This document shows positions 6,459-13,266 of a DNA stretch of 24,652 bases, piece after piece (position 1 is the stretch's first letter; each line of letters begins with the position of its first letter). The notes under the pieces are model-generated. The model had not been told where the DNA came from. It ran no database searches and was given only the letters and a program-made list of their open reading frames with translations. Location: the IMG/VR virus record IMGVR_UViG_2778261572_000014. One strand, given 5' to 3'. Position numbers and translations under genes: made by a program. Source of the stretch: a virus (taxonomy: Duplodnaviria > Heunggongvirae > Uroviricota > Caudoviricetes).

Positions 6459-9281
6459 ATGACGGCAGAGTACATCAGGGACTGGCAACAACCGCGCCAC
6501 GCAGTGGGACGTGAAGGAACGGGGATCCCCGTTCCTGAATCTGCGCTTTCCTCCTGGCTGGATGCCTACCGGGCAGAGAACGAGCGCCGCCAGGAAATGG
6601 CTGATGCGGCGTTCTCCGCCACGCCGCTGGGCAACCTGATTAATAAAAGCCTGGATGCACAGGAAAAACAGGACAAAACCATCACACTGGCAGGAGACGC
6701 CAGAAAACAGGCACGCGGCGCGGTGGATGAAGCCATGGCCTCGCTGCGCCTGCTGCCGTCCTATCTGCGCGATCCGCTTATTCGCCACCTCTCCTTCCTG
6801 CGCAAAAAACAGGAAGTCGATCGCCGGAAAGGCAAAAAGAGCTGGCAGGCTGAACGCTACGCGCGCGGAACCCTGCGCAAAATATTCGAACGTCTGGATC
6901 GCACTGACGGACACTGGCTGACACCGGGTTATCGCTTCCTTGCCGGACGCGAACGCCTGGACGATTTGCTTTACCTGCCGCAGCTCAACAAACACCAGAT
7001 ACAGACGCTGGCCACCATGACGGCGGCGATGTTCAGCAGCACCTTCGAAAAACTCTGCGATGGCTTTGGCGCGACCGATGGCGAACTGACCATGGATGTA
7101 ACGCTGAAGGCGTATCAGATGCTGGCCCGCATGGCGTTACACCTGCACATCATGCCTCCACATTATGACGCACTGACAACAGATAAAGACCGGAGGAACG
7201 AACCGGACACGGAGCTGCTGCCGGGCGCAATCCTTCGCCTGACCTGTGCGGAATGGTGGAAACGCAAACTGTGGCTGTTACGTTGCGAGTGGAGAGAAGA
7301 ACAACTCCGCGCCGCCTGTCTGGTTTCCAGAAAAACATCACCCTATCTGAGCCAGGACGCGTTAAGCGAGTTTCGCGCACAGCGCGAGAAAACACGCGAT
7401 TTCCTGAAAAGTTTCATGCTGGAAAACGAAGACGGGTTCACGATTGATCTCGAGACAGTGTATTACGCGGGAGTAAGTAACCCGGTTCACCGTAAGGCAG
7501 AAATGATGGCCACCATGAAGGGGCTGGAACTTCTGGCCGAAGCCCGTGGCGACAAAGCGGTGTTTCTGACTGTCACCTGCCCGTCAAAATACCACGCCAC
7601 AACAGAGAACGGTCATCCGAATCCCAAATGGAACGGGGCCACCATGCGCGACTCCAGCGATTACCTGGTTAACACGTTTTTTGCAGCGGTCCGCAAGAAA
7701 CTGAACCGCGACGGCCTGCGCTGGTATGGCATCCGCACGGTGGAGCCTCACCATGACGGCACCGTGCACTGGCATATGATGGTCTTTGCTCATCCGGAAG
7801 AAATCGACACCATTGTGTCCCACACCCGCGATATTGCCATTCAGGAAGATCGTCACGAGCTGGGTGATGATATTACCCCACGCTTTAAGGCGGAGTACGT
7901 CGACGGCTCAAAAGGCACGCCAACCAGCTACATCGCCACCTACATCGGAAAGAACCTGGACAGCCGCGCCGTGGATGGCATCGACCCGAAAACGGGCAAG
8001 CCACGCGTTGACCACGAAACAGGTAAATCAATGGCCGAGAGCGTGGAGCGCGCCATCGGCTGGGCGCGCCTTCACCGGGTCCGCCAGTTCCAGTTCTTTG
8101 GCATCCCCTCCCGTCAGGTGTGGCGTGAACTCCGCCGCCTTGCCAGCCAGATGGCACGCAACCCGGAAGGCCCGCAACGGCTGAAGGATGACGCAATGGA
8201 TGCGGTACTCGCTGCCGCTGATGCCGGATGTTTTGCCACCTACATTGAAAAACAGGGTGGCGTACTTGTTCCGCGCAAGGACTACCTGATTCGCACAGCC
8301 TACGACCTCGCAGATGAGCTGAACGATTACGGCGAACAGAGTGTACAGATTTACGGGATCTGGTCGCCATTCATCGGGGAATCCTCCCGTGTGTGCACGC
8401 ATCCGGATAACTGGAAGCTGGTAAGACGTAAACCGGAAGCGGAAGACAGCGCCCGCGAAAATGGTTTTGACCTTCAGGGCGGCCCTGCCGCCCCTTGGAC
8501 TCGTGGCAATAACTGTCCCCGTGTACAGGAAACGGACAACAACGGGACAGAACAGCCGGAAGAACGGCCAGCACCGTGGCCGCAGCTCCCTGACGGCGTT
8601 GAAGTGAACGAATGGATGCGCTCACTGAAACGGCACGAACGCCGGGCGCTGATGCGTTCGCTTCGTGACAAACAGGCAAAAAACAGCAGTGATGAAATGC
8701 AGAGCTGGACACAGAGCCGCAAACAGCAGCGGCCTTTGCCTGATAACCACGAATTACTCGCTAAAGAATGGCGGGAGTCTGCCGAATCTCTCGGCCTGCA
8801 TATCGGTGAACAGCAGATGCAGCACCTGTTACGGGGCGGCAGCCTGTACGTTGACGGCAGCATCATTGCACCGCAGGGATTTGAAATTGTACGCAAACCG
8901 GATACCCGCCCGGACAGCCGAATCACGCAGCTCTGGCAGCGCCTGAGCCGTAATCACGGCGTAAGCAGCACGGAGATCCGCCATAACCCGGTCGCCGGCT
9001 ATCTGGAACAGCTGGGGATATCAGACCCCGAAGCCGCCGCACGCCTGGCATCCACACTTCAGCAGGACCAGAACACCATGAAAACCCCCGTTACCGTGCT
9101 TTCTGACATGCTGCGCGCCATCCGTGACGCAGAGCACGCACAGAGAATCAGTGAAACCACTGAACGCGCCCGCCGCAAAGCAGACCTGCTGCGGGGTAGC
9201 CTGACCAGTGGAAACAAAAAACAGACAGAAACGGGATTCATAAAACCCGTAAATGAGCAAAAAACGCGCCGCGATATATGA
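6459..9281 (+). CDS. A: Rolling-circle replication initiator endonuclease, P2 gpA family
   Basis: 940 aa. Contains TVTCPSKYH and RTVEPHHDGTVHWHMMVF (HUH-type motif), followed by YIATYIGKN, as in P2 A (LTAPSKYH, RVVEPHHDGTPHWHMMLF). C-terminal third is long and low-complexity. Confidence 0.9.
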   Translation: MTAEYIRDWQQPRHAVGREGTGIPVPESALSSWLDAYRAENERRQEMADAAFSATPLGNLINKSLDAQEKQDKTITLAGDARKQARGAVDEAMASLRLLPSYLRDPLIRHLSFLRKKQEVDRRKGKKSWQAERYARGTLRKIFERLDRTDGHWLTPGYRFLAGRERLDDLLYLPQLNKHQIQTLATMTAAMFSSTFEKLCDGFGATDGELTMDVTLKAYQMLARMALHLHIMPPHYDALTTDKDRRNEPDTELLPGAILRLTCAEWWKRKLWLLRCEWREEQLRAACLVSRKTSPYLSQDALSEFRAQREKTRDFLKSFMLENEDGFTIDLETVYYAGVSNPVHRKAEMMATMKGLELLAEARGDKAVFLTVTCPSKYHATTENGHPNPKWNGATMRDSSDYLVNTFFAAVRKKLNRDGLRWYGIRTVEPHHDGTVHWHMMVFAHPEEIDTIVSHTRDIAIQEDRHELGDDITPRFKAEYVDGSKGTPTSYIATYIGKNLDSRAVDGIDPKTGKPRVDHETGKSMAESVERAIGWARLHRVRQFQFFGIPSRQVWRELRRLASQMARNPEGPQRLKDDAMDAVLAAADAGCFATYIEKQGGVLVPRKDYLIRTAYDLADELNDYGEQSVQIYGIWSPFIGESSRVCTHPDNWKLVRRKPEAEDSARENGFDLQGGPAAPWTRGNNCPRVQETDNNGTEQPEERPAPWPQLPDGVEVNEWMRSLKRHERRALMRSLRDKQAKNSSDEMQSWTQSRKQQRPLPDNHELLAKEWRESAESLGLHIGEQQMQHLLRGGSLYVDGSIIAPQGFEIVRKPDTRPDSRITQLWQRLSRNHGVSSTEIRHNPVAGYLEQLGISDPEAAARLASTLQQDQNTMKTPVTVLSDMLRAIRDAEHAQRISETTERARRKADLLRGSLTSGNKKQTETGFIKPVNEQKTRRDI

Positions 9282-9329
9282 AGCGCGCATAAAACAGGCA
9301 AAAACGGGATTTAAAAACCCCGTAAACGA
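9229..9329. repeat. Two 28-bp direct repeats (24/28 identical), each with internal ACGGG...CCCGT dyad; candidate parC-like centromere/operator
   Basis: R1 9229-9256 AAACGGGATTCATAAAACCCGTAAATGA and R2 9302-9329 AAACGGGATTTAAAAACCCCGTAAACGA, 73 bp apart, directly upstream of parM. R1 overlaps the last codons of A. Confidence 0.45.
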
Positions 9330-9357
9330 TTAATTAATCAACATAAGGAAAATCGAC

Positions 9358-10317
9358 ATGAAAATTTGTATCGACGACGGCTCCACCAACATCAAGCTGG
9401 CATGGACTGAGAACGGCGAACGCCGCAACGCCATCAGCCCGAACAGCTTCAAATCGGAATGGTCTGCGCCGTTCGGTGGCATACAGCCCGCGAACTACAT
9501 GCTTGATGGCGTGCGCTATGGTTTTGATCCGGTCAGCGATCGCTTTGTCCAGACGACCGACACGCAATACCAGTACAGCGATGTGAATGTAATTGCCATT
9601 CATCACGCGCTGGTCAAATCAGGCATCACGCCACAGGAGGTGGATGTGGTTGTCACCCTGCCACTGAGCGAGTATTTCGACACAAACGCACAGCCGGACA
9701 TGGCCAACATCAACCGCAAAAAAGCAAACGTCATGCGCCCGGTGGCGTACCAAAACGGAAAAGCATTCACTATCCGTAACGTACGGGTTATGCCTGAATC
9801 CATTCCGGCTGGTTTTAAAGCACTGGCTGACATGAGTCCGTTTGAATCCCTGCTGATTGTGGATTTAGGCGGAACCACGCTGGATGTGGCAAAGGTTCAG
9901 GGGCAACTGGCAGGTATCAGCCAGGTGTTTTGCGATCCACACGTAGGCGTTTCCCTGATGGCCGATGCCGTACTGTCGGTGATGGCCACTAACGGTATGC
10001 GTACCAGTCACCACATCGCCAATACCATTATCGAACATCGCCATGATGAAGCCTGGCTGCGCCAGCACATCCACAATGACGCGCATTACGCCAGCCTGAT
10101 GGCGGTTATTCGTGAAAAGGAAGAAACACTGAAACAACGCGTGATCCGCGCGCTGGCGGGTTTTTCGGGTTACGGGCGGGTGATGGTTGTCGGTGGTGGG
10201 GCGGAGATTGTGGCACCCGCTATCCGCGAAGCCTGCGGAGTTAATGCGACTTTCATCACGGACGGGGTGCCACAGTTTGCTCTGGTTAATGGGCTGTACG
10301 CAATGGACAAGGAGTAA
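9358..10317 (+). CDS. parM: ParM/StbA-family actin-like segregation ATPase
   Basis: 319 aa, ATG 9358 with AAGGAA upstream. MKICIDDGSTNIKLAW..., YSDVNVIAIHHAL, VMPESIPAG, LIVDLGGTTLD, VMVVGGGAE, LVNGLY run in register with remembered plasmid R1 ParM (MLVFIDDGSTNIKLQW..., LIIDLGGTTLD, VMVIGGGAE, LVNGMY). Confidence 0.85.
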   Translation: MKICIDDGSTNIKLAWTENGERRNAISPNSFKSEWSAPFGGIQPANYMLDGVRYGFDPVSDRFVQTTDTQYQYSDVNVIAIHHALVKSGITPQEVDVVVTLPLSEYFDTNAQPDMANINRKKANVMRPVAYQNGKAFTIRNVRVMPESIPAGFKALADMSPFESLLIVDLGGTTLDVAKVQGQLAGISQVFCDPHVGVSLMADAVLSVMATNGMRTSHHIANTIIEHRHDEAWLRQHIHNDAHYASLMAVIREKEETLKQRVIRALAGFSGYGRVMVVGGGAEIVAPAIREACGVNATFITDGVPQFALVNGLYAMDKE

Positions 10318-10321
10318 ACCA

Positions 10322-10633
10322 ATGACGACACCAACCAGACGGATAAGTTTCTATCTGAAGCCCGCCGCCGTCAAGAACGAAGGTGAAGCATGCGCCTGGC
10401 TGGACAGCCTTACACCAGAAGCTCGCAAAAGCGGCCAACGCGTGGCTTTTCTGGCCGGGCTGGCACTTCTGAAAATGAATCCGGCAGAGGCTTACCGACT
10501 GGCTGCATGGGCTGATGATGAGGCGTTATCAGTGACACAAACCAGGGCAGAACACCACATGTTACAGCCAGCGCCCACCGCACAGATAACCAGCCAGCTA
10601 GCCGGAAATATCCGGGCGTTATTTCCTGAATAA
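10322..10633 (+). CDS. parR: ParR-like centromere-binding adaptor (ribbon-helix-helix)
   Basis: 103 aa, ATG 10322, 4 nt after the parM stop, AAGGAG upstream. RRISFYLKPAAV...LDSLTPEARKSGQRVAFLAGLALL...IRALFPE parallels R1 ParR (RRTIAFKLNPDV...LDSIPQGERSRLNRAALTAGLALY...LRSLFPKE). Confidence 0.7.
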   Translation: MTTPTRRISFYLKPAAVKNEGEACAWLDSLTPEARKSGQRVAFLAGLALLKMNPAEAYRLAAWADDEALSVTQTRAEHHMLQPAPTAQITSQLAGNIRALFPE

Positions 10634-10639
10634 CACAAC

Positions 10640-10661
10640 ATCAGGGCGAGTTCGCCCTGAT
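10640..10661. promoter_or_regulatory. Perfect 22-bp palindrome between parR and the PP-loop gene
   Basis: ATCAGGGCGA-GT-TCGCCCTGAT (9-bp arms), no U-tract; followed 12 bp later by AAAGGAGG and the GTG start of the next gene. Confidence 0.4.
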
Positions 10662-10685
10662 AACACTATCCAAAGGAGGCAAACA

Positions 10686-11693
10686 GTGAGCATCATTCAG
10701 CGCTGCCGAGCAGAAAACACTTTTAATTTGGTTTCCATGTCTGGCGGGAAAGACTCACTGGCGCAATGTTTGTATGCCATAGAAAACGATATACAGCATG
10801 AGCGAGTGTTTGCTGATACGGGACACGAACACCCACAAACGATGGAGTACCTTGACTACCTGGAACAAAAGCTGGGCCCAATTCGTCGCGTAAAAGCCGA
10901 CTTCACTCGCCAGATAGAAGGTAAGCGCAAATTCATTGCTGAAAAATGGCCAGTATCTCTTGTTGCAGAGTGCGGAATGACGCCTGATGAAGCAGCGGAA
11001 CGTGTTGCTCGTGCGCTGGAAATCCTCCACCCAACCGGAAATCCATTTCTTGACCTGTGCATGTGGAAAGGTCGTTTCCCGAGCACTAAAGCGCGGTTCT
11101 GTACATTCGAACTGAAACACGAACCAGTGCGCACTCAGGTGGTGCAACCTGCGCTTGATGAATATGACGAAGTTATCTCCTGGCAGGGCGTGCGTGCTCA
11201 GGAATCGCCATCGAGGGCACGCCTGCAAGTGTGGGTGGAGGATGCGGACAATACCCCCGGATTGCATGTCTATCGTCCGATTCTCAACTGGCTACATGAG
11301 GATGTTTTCGCTATTGCCAGGCGTCACGGGATTAAACCCAACCCACTCTACCAACAAGGATGCAGCCGCGTTGGGTGTATGCCATGCATTCATGCCAGAA
11401 AATCTGAACTGGCGGAAATTTTTCAGCGCTGGCCAGAGGAAATCGCCAGAGTGGCAGAGTGGGAACGATTAGTTGCAGCCTGCTCTCGCCGCGGCAACTC
11501 AACGTTTTTCCCGTCAACTCATGACCCGCGCCGGGCAGAATGTCGCATAGATGTTGTTACCGTAGACAGCTACGGAATCGAAACCTATCGCGACTGGGCA
11601 ATGACAACCCGGGGCGGCGCTCAATTTGACCTGCTGGCGAGCACGAACGATAAGGCGGTGTGCAACAGTGTTTATGCGGGAGTATGCGAATGA
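10686..11693 (+). CDS. PAPS-reductase-family PP-loop ATP pyrophosphatase-like protein (DndC/CysH-like fold), function unknown
   Basis: 335 aa. GTG start 10686 with GGAGG 6 nt upstream; no upstream in-frame ATG. N-terminal VSMSGGKDS PP-loop, FADTGHEHPQT, WQGVRAQESPSRA, and C-terminal cysteine cluster CSRVGCMPC. Confidence 0.8.
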   Translation: MSIIQRCRAENTFNLVSMSGGKDSLAQCLYAIENDIQHERVFADTGHEHPQTMEYLDYLEQKLGPIRRVKADFTRQIEGKRKFIAEKWPVSLVAECGMTPDEAAERVARALEILHPTGNPFLDLCMWKGRFPSTKARFCTFELKHEPVRTQVVQPALDEYDEVISWQGVRAQESPSRARLQVWVEDADNTPGLHVYRPILNWLHEDVFAIARRHGIKPNPLYQQGCSRVGCMPCIHARKSELAEIFQRWPEEIARVAEWERLVAACSRRGNSTFFPSTHDPRRAECRIDVVTVDSYGIETYRDWAMTTRGGAQFDLLASTNDKAVCNSVYAGVCE

Positions 11694-11768
11694 ACAGCAT
11701 GAAAATATTGTTACCCGACATCTGATTTTACTTCTTCAAATCAGGGCAATAATCACGCATCGCCCTGC

Positions 11769-11795
11769 TGCACAATAGTGCACAAATTTGCACAA
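11769..11795. repeat. Three TGCACAA direct repeats at exact 10-bp phasing
   Basis: TGCACAA at 11769, 11779 and 11789, followed by a T-run, in the non-coding interval where P2 architecture places cos and the cargo-locus promoters. Confidence 0.4.
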
Positions 11796-12167
11796 TTTTT
11801 TTGAACGACTTTTTACCCTTCCGGCCCGCATGGCGGCTGGATCCGTCAAGGATCCGTGCGTGCACAAAAAAACGCGTTTTTTCTGCGCGCAGGTGACGGG
11901 GGAACAGCCCGCGTTTCTGGGGGTAAATAGCGTTCCCTTAACGATGTCGCAGCGACACGACAGAATGGCCGTATTTCTCACGCTGAGCGTGAAAAATACG
12001 TGAGGGATTCTGGTTTGATGGGGTGAAAGGTAAGGCCGTCAAAATCGCACTGAGGCGGCGAGAACATGCAGTCAGCGCAGTGGGATTGCGTAAGAATCTG
12101 ACCGTCGATGATGGCAATAAGCAGGAAAGCATCGTGAAATTATCTGACTGATACAGGAGCTGGAGAG

Positions 12168-12192
12168 TCGGGGCATAAATTTTTTATGCCCC
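12168..12192 (-). terminator. Strong stem-loop 28 bp downstream of Q; terminator or packaging-region element
   Basis: CGGGGCATAAA-TTT-TTTATGCCCCG, a perfect 11-bp inverted repeat; lacks a clean U-tract on the Q strand. Confidence 0.35.
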
Positions 12193-12219
12193 GGCGAAGC
12201 AGCAGACAAGCGAAGCGCG

Positions 12220-13266
12220 TCAGGATGTGGGCTGGGTATCTAACAGTGCGTAAGGGTTAAAGCGGATCACCTCTTCGCCAAGCCAGTCATTGATGTGCTT
12301 CATGGCCTCCATGACGGGCATCAGCTCGTTAATTGCGTAAACCCGCGCGGCCTTCTCCACATCACCAAACGCACTTTTTTCGCCCGGCATCGCCCCCATC
12401 AGTTGCGGCGGAACGCGGTGCGCAGCCAGCACATCATCACGGGATGCCGCCTTAACATTCATGAACTCATCCTTTGCGGTGATCTGCTGGAACGGCAAAA
12501 TTTGCACCCCCTCTTTGCCCCCGTTGGGCGCATGAATGAGCACGTTTTTAAACGCACCACCACCACGTGCCCCCTGTAGCGTTTCTTTCAGGGAGTCCAT
12601 GCTTTCGCGGTTTACCTGCGCTGCACCGATGTAGATGATGCACCCGGCGTGGGATCCGTTGTCGTAGTACAGTTTTCTGAACATGTCCGCCGAATGAGAA
12701 AGGCTGGCCGAGAGTAATGCGCCAAGATATTCCGGCATGCCGTAGATTTCCTGGTTAATATCCGGATTCATCAGGTGGCACACTTTGCCAGGACGAAACT
12801 GAAACGCGTCCTTGCCATCCTGCACATACCACCATGATTCAAGATCGCTTCCGCGTCGCATGTATTTCGCCAGGGCGTGCCGTAATTTAAGCGGTTCGCC
12901 GAGCATATTGCTCCGAAGCTCAAGGAATGCGTTACCGAACACAAACCAGTCCAGCGCCAGCGCCGAGAAATCCTGCCGGGAAAGCAGCGGGTGCGGAATA
13001 TAGCAGCCGAGCAATACATTGCGCTTAAAGTAAAGCGCAGACTGATGCCAGGACGTTTGCCGGGCAGCTCTTGCCAGACCGTACCAGTTCACCGGGGTTT
13101 CATACCACCGCCCGTTATCAGCACAGTACATATTGTCCAGCAGGTCATGCCCGGTCAGGCGATAAGGACCATCAAATGTGAATGCACTGAGCGATGATTC
13201 TTTCCTGAGCGCATCAGCGAGATCAATGCGTGAACTCATGCGCACTTTTTTATTTTTTCTGCTCAT
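12220..13266 (-). CDS. Q: Portal protein, P2 gpQ family
   Basis: 348 aa (P2 Q about 344 aa). Minus strand directly downstream of P, with its ATG overlapping the P stop. Position and size match the P2 Q-P capsid operon. Confidence 0.85.
   Translation of the reverse strand: MSRKNKKVRMSSRIDLADALRKESSLSAFTFDGPYRLTGHDLLDNMYCADNGRWYETPVNWYGLARAARQTSWHQSALYFKRNVLLGCYIPHPLLSRQDFSALALDWFVFGNAFLELRSNMLGEPLKLRHALAKYMRRGSDLESWWYVQDGKDAFQFRPGKVCHLMNPDINQEIYGMPEYLGALLSASLSHSADMFRKLYYDNGSHAGCIIYIGAAQVNRESMDSLKETLQGARGGGAFKNVLIHAPNGGKEGVQILPFQQITAKDEFMNVKAASRDDVLAAHRVPPQLMGAMPGEKSAFGDVEKAARVYAINELMPVMEAMKHINDWLGEEVIRFNPYALLDTQPTS

Noticed and set aside
5934-6995. 353-aa minus-strand ORF, and other long antisense ORFs through 7150-9301
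   Set aside because: They lie antisense within the conserved gpA replication gene in GC-rich sequence, have low-complexity R/A/G-rich translations and no SD; typical spurious antisense frames.
11736-12132. Three 60-80 aa ORFs on both strands in the cos-proximal interval
   Set aside because: Mutually overlapping, cysteine/arginine-rich, no SD; the region is better explained as non-coding packaging/regulatory DNA.
9282-12219. Homologs of P2 tin or old in the cargo locus
   Set aside because: No ORF here has the size or motifs of Old (about 590 aa, ATPase plus TOPRIM nuclease) or Tin; the locus is occupied by parM, parR and the PP-loop gene.
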